A stretch of 64,000 nucleotides of DNA from Candidatus Cloacimonadales bacterium (GTDB lineage Bacteria > Cloacimonadota > Cloacimonadia > Cloacimonadales > DAONDQ01): assembly GCA_963662275.1 (NCBI GenBank), contig OY759316.1, forward strand, positions 1,088,001-1,152,000, in the 5' to 3' direction. The notes beneath the pieces were generated by a model. The model did no database searches and was not told the origin of the DNA. It saw only the letters and a program-made list of their open reading frames with translations. Positions 33,249 through 41,338 of the stretch are shown in pieces. Numbering within the stretch: position 1 is the first letter of the stretch; each line of letters opens with the position of its first letter. The translations under genes were made by a program, and so were the position numbers.

Positions 33249-33890
33249 CTAGACTCCACGCTTATCAGGATGCCATAGAAGCTTGTGTAATTGAATCTGC
33301 AATCTGACTGGTATCTTGTCCTGAATTATCCATTCTGCCAGCGTACTTGGCTCTAATGAGCCATGAACGCAAGAGAACAGTATCTTATGTTCCCAAAGGT
33401 GATATTTCTCCAAGAATGCTAAAGCCCATTGATAATCTTGTTTATCGGAAAGAACAAATTTAATTTCGTCATGGTCTTTATGTATCTCATGCAGATTGGA
33501 CAGTACAAAACAGTCAGAACAGCCGCTGGAAGGGCATTTGACATCCACAATGCTGGTTACATAATAAGGGACATGAGCGATATCAATTGTACCATTCGTT
33601 TCTAAGAGTATGCTGTAATCTCTGTCACGAAGATCTGAAATCAATTCATACACATCATTTTGAAGTAATGGTTCACCACCAGTAATTTCAACCAATTTGA
33701 TTGGAGCATACGAAGTGACTTCCTCAAGGATTTTATCAATTGTGTAATCTGTTCCTTCACCATAAGTATAAGTTGAATCACAGTAACTACATCGAAGATT
33801 ACAACCGCTCAATCGAATAAAGATACAAGGTAAGCCAGCATAAGTTGATTCACCTTGAATACTGAGGAAAATCTCTGTCACTGAAAGCAT
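33249..33890 (-). CDS. queE: 7-carboxy-7-deazaguanine synthase (radical SAM)
   Basis: EIFLSIQGE, FIRLSGCNLRCSYCDS, ITGGEPLLQ, LETNG, QIQLHKLLW. Confidence 0.9.
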   Translation of the reverse strand: MLSVTEIFLSIQGESTYAGLPCIFIRLSGCNLRCSYCDSTYTYGEGTDYTIDKILEEVTSYAPIKLVEITGGEPLLQNDVYELISDLRDRDYSILLETNGTIDIAHVPYYVTSIVDVKCPSSGCSDCFVLSNLHEIHKDHDEIKFVLSDKQDYQWALAFLEKYHLWEHKILFSCVHGSLEPSTLAEWIIQDKIPVRLQIQLHKLLWHPDKRGV

Positions 33891-33914
33891 AAAACGAAAT
33901 CTCGATCAAACAAA

Positions 33915-35117
33915 TCAGAATGGAAAATATGGTAAATGTTTGTGATAACCTAGTTTGGCATCAATCTGATTATTGAGTTTCATGGGATCACCGATAACGA
34001 ATTTATGGCGTTCATCAACTGTAAAATTCGAGTATTGTGCTTGATCAATGCTAAAAGAATCGAGTAATTCCGCATCCCCATAAATGGGTTTTCCCTTATA
34101 TAACATCAGCTTGATGTTCATACTTTTTACTTTTGTTAGATTCAAGTATGGATCATCATCTAAAGAATCCATGATCAGTATTGATTCTGAATGTATATGA
34201 GAACTTCTTTCACTTTCGGGTAGGAAAAGAGCTTTCTCCGCATTCACAGTTACCATTTCAAAAATCTTCATCATGGAGATATGTGGAAATTTCTGGTGAG
34301 CTGTATGGATTTCATCGAATAAATTGATGCTGCCTGATAATGAGGAATCTGTACCAAGGATAACATTCAGACCATATTCAAGACAGGTTTCAATATCTAA
34401 GGTTTTATCTAATAAGTAAAAATTAGATGATGGGCACCAGCAGAGTGTAGAACCAGCATCTGCGCATTGTCTGATCTCTTGTTTCGTGAGACTTACTCCA
34501 TGAACAATAATGGTATTGGGTTGGAGCAATCCCATCTCCATTAGTTTAGAGAATTCATTCCGGGTTACTTCATCAAATCCTTCACCTAAATGAATAATGA
34601 AAGGCTCTTTCAGCTTAGTTAACTTCCACTCTTCATTTGGAGTCAATCCTCCCCACCAATTTCCTAAAGTCAGGGAATGACATTGCCGATAATTTCGAAG
34701 TATGTTGATAGGGAAGAGGTCATAATACTTTATCGTTTGATTCGGTCCATGATCCTGGACAACAGTGCATCCTGAAAAGATGTTCTTATATGCGCCAATC
34801 AATGCCAGAAGAGGTGCTTCCCCTTTCATTAAGTCGAAACTACCATCATTTACCCATATTTTATTTCTCTCTAAAACTGACTCTGTTTGCTTCATATCTT
34901 CAACCCAGATGTGAGAATTGATATAGGGACGGTGAGTACCGGCTTTGGGATACCAATTACCGATCATATGATCATGAGAATTGATAAGAGTAGGATAGAC
35001 AATAGCGGTCTTGAAGTCAAGCTGAGAATTTGAATTTCGTCCAGTACTGATGTTAATTGTCACATTTTCTTGGATCTTTCGACCTGGATATGCCGTTTTA
35101 CCTATCGTTATCTTCAT
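33915..35117 (-). CDS. Amidohydrolase-superfamily metallo-hydrolase/deaminase
   Basis: INSHDH (HxH), IHLGEG, IVHGV, WCPSSN, LGTDS. Confidence 0.85.
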   Translation of the reverse strand: MKITIGKTAYPGRKIQENVTINISTGRNSNSQLDFKTAIVYPTLINSHDHMIGNWYPKAGTHRPYINSHIWVEDMKQTESVLERNKIWVNDGSFDLMKGEAPLLALIGAYKNIFSGCTVVQDHGPNQTIKYYDLFPINILRNYRQCHSLTLGNWWGGLTPNEEWKLTKLKEPFIIHLGEGFDEVTRNEFSKLMEMGLLQPNTIIVHGVSLTKQEIRQCADAGSTLCWCPSSNFYLLDKTLDIETCLEYGLNVILGTDSSLSGSINLFDEIHTAHQKFPHISMMKIFEMVTVNAEKALFLPESERSSHIHSESILIMDSLDDDPYLNLTKVKSMNIKLMLYKGKPIYGDAELLDSFSIDQAQYSNFTVDERHKFVIGDPMKLNNQIDAKLGYHKHLPYFPF

Positions 35118-36304
35118 GACCGAACTTCATTGATTTTTTTTGTAAGCTTAGGGACAATTTCAAACAAATCACCCACAATACCCAAATCTGCTGCTTTAAA
35201 TATCGCTGCATCAGAATCTTTATTAATGGCTATAATGTAATCAGAAGAGGACATCCCGGCAAGATGCTGAACTGCCCCGGAAATACCACAGGCGATATAA
35301 ATACGGGGTTTAACTGTTTTCCCTGTCTGTCCTACCTGGTGGCTGTAAGATATCCATTCAGAATCAACGGCTGCTCGAGATGCTCCAACAGCACCATCAA
35401 GAGCATCTGCCAGGTCTTCCAATATTTTAAAATTAGCTGCATCCTTAAGACCACGTCCTCCGGAAACAATGACATTAGCTTCAACAATATTAATCAGGCT
35501 GGTTTGTTCTTTTACGAATTCCATATACTCAGAAATCTTCCAATCTTCAGGGATATCAATAGTCTCCGTTAAGACGATACCGGAACGATCGGGATCTCTT
35601 TCCAGGGGATTCATTACTTTGTGTCGTACAGTAGCCATTTGAGGTCTGTGATTGGGAGTAATAATGGTTGCCATGATATTACCCCCGAAAGCTGGTCGAG
35701 TTTGTTGAAGATTTCTATTTTCCAAATCAATTTTCAGTCCAGTGCAGTCAGCAGTTAAACCGGTTCGCAAGTTAACGGCAACTCTCGGTATAAATGAACG
35801 CCCTGTGGCTGTAGCTCCAGCCAGGATGATCTCTGGATTAAATTTTCTGCTTAGTTCAGTCAGGATATAGGCATATCTTTCTTCTGTATAATTGAGGAGC
35901 ACCGGATCATCTACAACAATGACTTTATCAGCACCATAAGCAATTAACTCAGAACTGAGTGGTTCTACTTCAGAACCGATCAGGATTGCCGTCAGTTCGG
36001 ATTCAAGTTCATCAGCTAGTTCCCTGCCCTTTCCTAATAACTCTAAGGTGACGGGAGCAATGGTTTTATGATGTTGTTCAGCATAGACCCAAACTCCGGA
36101 ATAATCATTTTTGTTCAGGGTTGGTTTTACATTTCTCCGAATCATGATTGCTTCAAAGGGACATGCACTAACACATGCGCCACAGAGAACACATTTATCC
36201 GAATTAATTTCAGCTATTTTATTCGATATTGTTACAGAATCATAGGCACATGCTTTGCTACATAGACCGCATCCTATACATTTATCCACGATCACTTCAA
36301 TCAT
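35114..36304 (-). CDS. etfA: Electron transfer flavoprotein alpha subunit with N-terminal 2x[4Fe-4S] ferredoxin domain
   Basis: CIGCGLCSKAC and CVLCGACVSACP; TGLTADCT, RPAFGGN, VSGGRG, GASRAAVD, QVGQTGKTV, GISGAVQH. Confidence 0.93.
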   Translation of the reverse strand: MIEVIVDKCIGCGLCSKACAYDSVTISNKIAEINSDKCVLCGACVSACPFEAIMIRRNVKPTLNKNDYSGVWVYAEQHHKTIAPVTLELLGKGRELADELESELTAILIGSEVEPLSSELIAYGADKVIVVDDPVLLNYTEERYAYILTELSRKFNPEIILAGATATGRSFIPRVAVNLRTGLTADCTGLKIDLENRNLQQTRPAFGGNIMATIITPNHRPQMATVRHKVMNPLERDPDRSGIVLTETIDIPEDWKISEYMEFVKEQTSLINIVEANVIVSGGRGLKDAANFKILEDLADALDGAVGASRAAVDSEWISYSHQVGQTGKTVKPRIYIACGISGAVQHLAGMSSSDYIIAINKDSDAAIFKAADLGIVGDLFEIVPKLTKKINEVRS

Positions 36305-36384
36305 GGGAATCTCCTTGAAGAATGGTAATGATTATTGGATAGGTTAAACGTGGAATTTCGTCAAGAAATTTATTTACAGGGAAA

Positions 36385-36421
36385 ATCAAAAAAGGCTCTA
36401 ATTTCATAGAACCTTTTTGAT
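36385..36421 (-). terminator. Terminator downstream of the HU-bS22 operon
   Basis: AAAAAAGGCTCTA/TAGAACCTTTTT stem; gives a U-tract on the minus strand just after the bS22-like stop. Confidence 0.6.
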
Positions 36422-36440
36422 CTATACCATTCAAGAATTA

Positions 36441-36536
36441 TTATCTGATTCTTTTTTTATGTCTGTTCTTGCGTAGGCGTTTTTTTCTTTTGTGTGTTGC
36501 GATTTTATGTCTTTTTCTCTTTTTTCCGCAGGGCAT
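36441..36536 (-). CDS. 31-aa basic protein, AURKAIP1/COX24-domain family (ribosomal protein bS22-like)
   Basis: Not in ORF track. Manual translation: MPCGKKRKRHKIATHKRKKRLRKNRHKKRIR*, with GGAGGAG RBS immediately upstream. Confidence 0.88.
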   Translation of the reverse strand: MPCGKKRKRHKIATHKRKKRLRKNRHKKRIR

Positions 36537-36557
36537 TACTCCTCCTATGAATAGAAT

Positions 36558-36836
36558 TTATTGATCAGAGATTTCAGTTTTGAACTCTCTGGAGAACTTA
36601 AATGTGGGTACAGTTCTTTCTGGTACAGGAATCTTTTCATCAGTTTTCGGATTTCTGCCAATTCGAGGCTTTCTGACTTTCAGTTTGAAAGTTCCAAACC
36701 CGCGAATTTCAATATGATTGCCATCTTTCATACAATCCTTAATTGACTGCAAAAAAGTATCAACTACGATCGCTACATCCTTCCGAATAATGCCAGTATC
36801 TGTTGAAATGATTTTTACTAAATCGGCTTTAGTCAT
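36558..36836 (-). CDS. HU/IHF family nucleoid DNA-binding protein (IHF-beta-like)
   Basis: MTKADLV..IEIRGFGTF..RIGRNPKT..PTFKFS. Confidence 0.93.
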   Translation of the reverse strand: MTKADLVKIISTDTGIIRKDVAIVVDTFLQSIKDCMKDGNHIEIRGFGTFKLKVRKPRIGRNPKTDEKIPVPERTVPTFKFSREFKTEISDQ

Positions 36837-36951
36837 TTGGTACTCCTTATATCCATAATTTAATGAAATAACTTCCTGTATATAAAGGGTTTAAAATTGA
36901 AATACAGGGAATGTGTCAAGAGAAATATCAATTTCATTATTTTCTGCATGT

Positions 36952-36980
36952 GTAGAGACGCCCAACTTGGGCGTCTCTAC
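36952..36980. repeat. GTAG-type REP-like palindrome
   Basis: GTAGAGACGCCCA-ACT-TGGGCGTCTCTAC perfect 13-bp stem, GC-rich in an AT-rich intergenic region. Confidence 0.7.
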
Positions 36981-37124
36981 GACTCAAAAAGAAACAATTT
37001 CCGATTTATCTTCTAAAGTCAATCTCTGGAATTTACATATTATCCCTTTTCCTGATCGAGAATCGACTAAATCTTTGCCAATGGATTATTTTTTTTTGGC
37101 TTTTTGTCCTGCTTCACCTTAGGA

Positions 37125-40100
37125 TCATTTACTTTTTAAACCGAATAGTTGCCCTAACCAACAACCGCAGGCAATTCCAGATGGTTGAGTACTAGTAAGG
37201 TAGTTAAAGTAGCACTGGTTACACTTATTATCTGATGCATACGCCTTAAAGATACTTGTAATTTGTTTGATCATACGAGCTTGAAGTTTAGAAAAATCAG
37301 CATCATCATCAACACAAGATGGACTTAATGATTTTAGCAAACGATGAACATTCTGTAAGATACCTCCGATAGGTGTGATTAATTCATAAAAACAATCCAG
37401 CGCTGCCAACGGAATTCCATATTGTGTTTGTGTATGTGCAGTCCTTTGTGCTTTGAAATTCCTGATTCTATCTCTTATTTGTTCATACGCTAATTCAGGA
37501 TAATATTTATAGCTTGTATCTTTCTCGAAAACATAATTACTTAACTGGATACCAATCCCATTCAACTGAAAATTCGCTAGATCGTGATACTCGGTCATTT
37601 TAACGATAATCTCACAGGCACGGTCTTTTCGCGGACTGTTTAATGGAACACCTAAATACCAAGTGGCATATGTGAATATGTCAGGTACTTGATACTTAAT
37701 ACAAAGTTGATTCAACTGATCAGTAGATAGATTATTTGTCAGGATTTCCAGAAATTGCTGATGAGAAGCAAACCAGTTCCTTGAGACAAAGATTGGTTTA
37801 TAACCTGGAGCATCTGGGTCTGCCTCAAACAATGCTGATATGTCATCTACCTGGTATCCGATACTGGATTGTTTGGCTATTCCGATAAATTCACTCACAG
37901 CCTGTTTCATGGCTTCTCCAGGTTCGATTATGCTATATGAAAATAGCAATTCTAAAAACATTGTGAAGTAATCCTCAGTCGTAGCAGAACCAAAATGATT
38001 TACTTCAATAGTCCCTTCGTAATCCTTACGTCTGATGATCAAATTCAGTCGCGGATTGATATAGAATGGATACGCAAGAGCATGAGCTGTCCTGATATTT
38101 GTATCTGCCTGGTTGTGACTGATATCGAGTACCGGATTGAATAATAGGTCTGGTTCTATCCAGGAGAGAGGATTGGCATTTCTGTGGGCATCATCAGCCA
38201 CAAAACTCAGAGATGACGGTTTCAGAAAGTAATTAGTTTTCCCAAATCTACCTTCTTTATGATCTTTTTTTACTTGATTCAAACCCATCCATCTTTCGCT
38301 CAAAAAAACTTTGTTGTCTGTTGGGGTTGACAATTTATTCTTAGGACTCATATTGATGTAGTCTGTGATTCTGAGTAAATTTGATTTATATCTATTGATT
38401 AAGTGTCCGGGAATACAACTGATTGTCAATGCATCTTTAACACTCTCATCTTCAATAATAATCGATATATCCGTAAACGGATCACTTGCTTTTATAATCT
38501 CTACGACCGGATGTGTCATACTATAGATGATCATTTCCTTCAGATACTTATGCCATTGCTCGTGAGAATCTTTATAAGGAAGTGGAGATTTCTTATCCCT
38601 ATCATAAATGAATGACCTGGAATCGGGATATTTTTCATTCAATTTTACTTGCAGATTGGCATACATATCGAATTCAGACTGAGATTTTCCTGGGAGAAAC
38701 AGTCTAATGGGAATTAATTCCTTCAACTCATTGTGAAAACTCGAAACAAAGGCAAAAGTATCCATCAACTCAAGGAGCCCATCATGTCTTTTGTGAATGT
38801 TATAGTACATTCGGTTGTGCCAACTGGACGATGATCTCTTGATATGGAATACAGAATACCATTCTCCGCAAAAGTACTCTCTCTGGAATTCAAAGATGTT
38901 ATCAGCAATAGCATTGCTGATATCATTAATCTGATTACGTGAGCCTTTACTGATTTGATTGACTATAATTATTGTTATTCCCTTCGCCAAACCAAAATGA
39001 GTAATTGTTGTGATCAAATCCTGAGCTTCAATTTGCTTGAATATATCGATCAGATTTTCCGTATTATCTAAGACCAGCCTCCTTACTTTGATTGGTACGG
39101 TGATTTTATATGAAAAATCGAACTTTTCATATTCGATTAATTTACTCTTTGTTGCATGTTCAGTTAAATAATCCTTGCCTTGATAAATAGCTTTAGAAGG
39201 ACTGAACTTAATTGGATCATCTTTGCTATTATCGGTTTTCAAATTTGCTTTTTCCCAAAGGATTCTTGATAGTTTAATCCGACAAAATAAATCATCAAAA
39301 TTATCAGTGATTATCTCATTTATAGCAAACGATTCAAGTGCACGAATGACGTCCATGATTTGTTCGAGATAGTACTCTTCGGAAAAATTCCTGACTTCAA
39401 AATGACAGATAACATCGGAAACGTTTCCCCAAATTTCGGGTTTCTTCTCAAATGCATTTGCGGGAATTATCACTTTTCCCCAAGGTGCATCAATTACCTT
39501 ATCATACTCATTTTCCTCATAATTTTCTCCAAACTTAACGATTAAACCGATTGCCTTATCGATGGGATAAGCATTCCTCAGAACGCCTTTTTTAGTACGG
39601 ACTGCTGATACTTCCTTCATTTCTGTCCATATTTTATCTGCTTCAGTTTGTGAGTAATTAATTTCACTAATATCACCAGGTAACTCAATTGGAATTTGTA
39701 AGAAATTATCATTAGTAAAATTATCTTCTTTTATGAATACCCATTTTTCGTCTCTATACGAACTCAAAGTAAAGAACTTGGAAAATGATGATTTATGACA
39801 TCCCTTCTCGCCATTAAGTAAACTAACAGAATTCTTTAAAAAATATGGTTTCATTTCAGGTTTTTTTAGATGCGTATATTCAAAGAAATTGATGATGCCA
39901 TCAATTTTGATTCCATATTCTTTCATTTCTCTAATTGGCTGTATCTGTTTTAACTGGTTTGGTATCAATTCCATTAAGGCAGAGGCTGATGGATAAATAC
40001 CAAATGGAGCTTGACCCTTTGTCGAAAAATGGAAGGGATGTCGACCATAACACATATCCTGGAAACGGCTTTCAATTAACTCTATATACCGAAGATACTC

Positions 40101-41330
40101 ACCATTGATATTTCTTTTCTCAAAACCCATCACCACATCGCAGAAGTACTCAACCATAGTATCTTTAATGGAAGGATCTTTTTCCTGTGTTAGCAGAAGA
40201 ATAGTATTATTCTGTTTGGTTGAGTTTCTGTCGGGCATAGTATCTAGAATGGATCGAAACGCCTGTAACACCTGTCGCCATTTTGACTGCTCAACATCCA
40301 TATCCAAAACAGCATTGATTGAGTCGATCACCACAATATGCCTTTCATCTGATGATCTGCTCTTTTGAAAGGATTCCTCATGAACCTGTACTTTGTGAAG
40401 TAAGTCTGCTGCTGAACACATCGGAACAGGATGGATTGACATCACGAGTTTTTTTGTATTATTTACTTTTTTGAATAATTTCAGGCAGTCTTCTTTTTCC
40501 TCTTGGATATAAACCACTTCATCTTTACTTAGTCCTGTAGGTAAAGTTTTTTCGTCATAGATACATAGTAAATCAAAACTGGTAATACAACGCAAAATAT
40601 TAGTATATGATTGTTCAAGAATGAAATAATCGATAACAAAAGAAAGTGGTTCTGCCTTCTTATAATGTATTTTAGTTTTGCTTTTGTTAAGCATAAATCT
40701 GGGGTCATCGCAGTTTTTTAACAAAGCACATACTAAATTCACTAAAAAAGTTGTTTTTCCCGCACCTGATTCTCCATCAACGGTGATCATGGCAGTGCTC
40801 TTCTTAGGAAGTAGAAAGCCACCCATCATCAGTTGATTCAACCCGGATATTCCTGTATCATATCCGAAATAGGAACAGATGAAATCTTTCGGAATCGCTA
40901 TAAAATCCTTGATTAAGATTTCAACTGACTTTTCTTTAGTTGTTTCATCACGTTTTAAATAAATATTATAAAAGGTTCTTTCCCAGGCAATTGAAGGGTC
41001 AGATATTAGTTTCACTTCGTCCGATGATTCATCTTTTGAACTCGGATAACCATAAAAAATGTTGTCTAATAAAGCAAGCATGGCAGTATAAGGTTGTTGC
41101 ATAACATCTTCATATTTTGATTCTTCAGATCTGATCCTTTCCAGTTCTTCAATTTGCTTCTTATCAATTTTGATGGTGATCCAACCCATTTGACTTTTCT
41201 GGAGTTCCTCGATTGTGGAATTTATAGTCTCGGTTGTTGAATTTCTGCTTTTTGCATATTCATGATTAACATGTCTTTCCAAGTCTTTAAGAAAATTAAA
41301 GCTAGCCTGTGTATATTCCAATATTTTCAT
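37125..41330 (-). CDS. Large KaiC/RecA-like double ATPase-domain protein with C-terminal solute-binding-protein-like region and Cys cluster
   Basis: Domain 1: DTGISGLNQLMMGGF, GESGAGKTT (Walker A), ILEQ, IVVIDSI (Walker B), EYFCDVV, IELIESRFQ..GRHPF. Domain 2: LLNGEKGCHKS, RRLVLDN, ADNIFEF. C-terminal AYPFYINPRL, TWYLGVPLNSPRKDRACEII and CNQC..CGC. Confidence 0.75.
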   Translation of the reverse strand: MKILEYTQASFNFLKDLERHVNHEYAKSRNSTTETINSTIEELQKSQMGWITIKIDKKQIEELERIRSEESKYEDVMQQPYTAMLALLDNIFYGYPSSKDESSDEVKLISDPSIAWERTFYNIYLKRDETTKEKSVEILIKDFIAIPKDFICSYFGYDTGISGLNQLMMGGFLLPKKSTAMITVDGESGAGKTTFLVNLVCALLKNCDDPRFMLNKSKTKIHYKKAEPLSFVIDYFILEQSYTNILRCITSFDLLCIYDEKTLPTGLSKDEVVYIQEEKEDCLKLFKKVNNTKKLVMSIHPVPMCSAADLLHKVQVHEESFQKSRSSDERHIVVIDSINAVLDMDVEQSKWRQVLQAFRSILDTMPDRNSTKQNNTILLLTQEKDPSIKDTMVEYFCDVVMGFEKRNINGEYLRYIELIESRFQDMCYGRHPFHFSTKGQAPFGIYPSASALMELIPNQLKQIQPIREMKEYGIKIDGIINFFEYTHLKKPEMKPYFLKNSVSLLNGEKGCHKSSFSKFFTLSSYRDEKWVFIKEDNFTNDNFLQIPIELPGDISEINYSQTEADKIWTEMKEVSAVRTKKGVLRNAYPIDKAIGLIVKFGENYEENEYDKVIDAPWGKVIIPANAFEKKPEIWGNVSDVICHFEVRNFSEEYYLEQIMDVIRALESFAINEIITDNFDDLFCRIKLSRILWEKANLKTDNSKDDPIKFSPSKAIYQGKDYLTEHATKSKLIEYEKFDFSYKITVPIKVRRLVLDNTENLIDIFKQIEAQDLITTITHFGLAKGITIIIVNQISKGSRNQINDISNAIADNIFEFQREYFCGEWYSVFHIKRSSSSWHNRMYYNIHKRHDGLLELMDTFAFVSSFHNELKELIPIRLFLPGKSQSEFDMYANLQVKLNEKYPDSRSFIYDRDKKSPLPYKDSHEQWHKYLKEMIIYSMTHPVVEIIKASDPFTDISIIIEDESVKDALTISCIPGHLINRYKSNLLRITDYINMSPKNKLSTPTDNKVFLSERWMGLNQVKKDHKEGRFGKTNYFLKPSSLSFVADDAHRNANPLSWIEPDLLFNPVLDISHNQADTNIRTAHALAYPFYINPRLNLIIRRKDYEGTIEVNHFGSATTEDYFTMFLELLFSYSIIEPGEAMKQAVSEFIGIAKQSSIGYQVDDISALFEADPDAPGYKPIFVSRNWFASHQQFLEILTNNLSTDQLNQLCIKYQVPDIFTYATWYLGVPLNSPRKDRACEIIVKMTEYHDLANFQLNGIGIQLSNYVFEKDTSYKYYPELAYEQIRDRIRNFKAQRTAHTQTQYGIPLAALDCFYELITPIGGILQNVHRLLKSLSPSCVDDDADFSKLQARMIKQITSIFKAYASDNKCNQCYFNYLTSTQPSGIACGCWLGQLFGLKSK

Positions 41331-41338
41331 GCGTCCTC

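Noticed and set aside
36913..37122. 69-aa plus-strand ORF
   Set aside because: Spans the REP-like palindrome and the HU upstream region on the opposite strand; probably spurious.
37125..41330. Circadian clock KaiC
   Set aside because: There is no kaiA or kaiB nearby, the protein is far larger than clock KaiC, the second P-loop is degenerate and the phosphosite motif is not evident. Only family-level similarity is supported.
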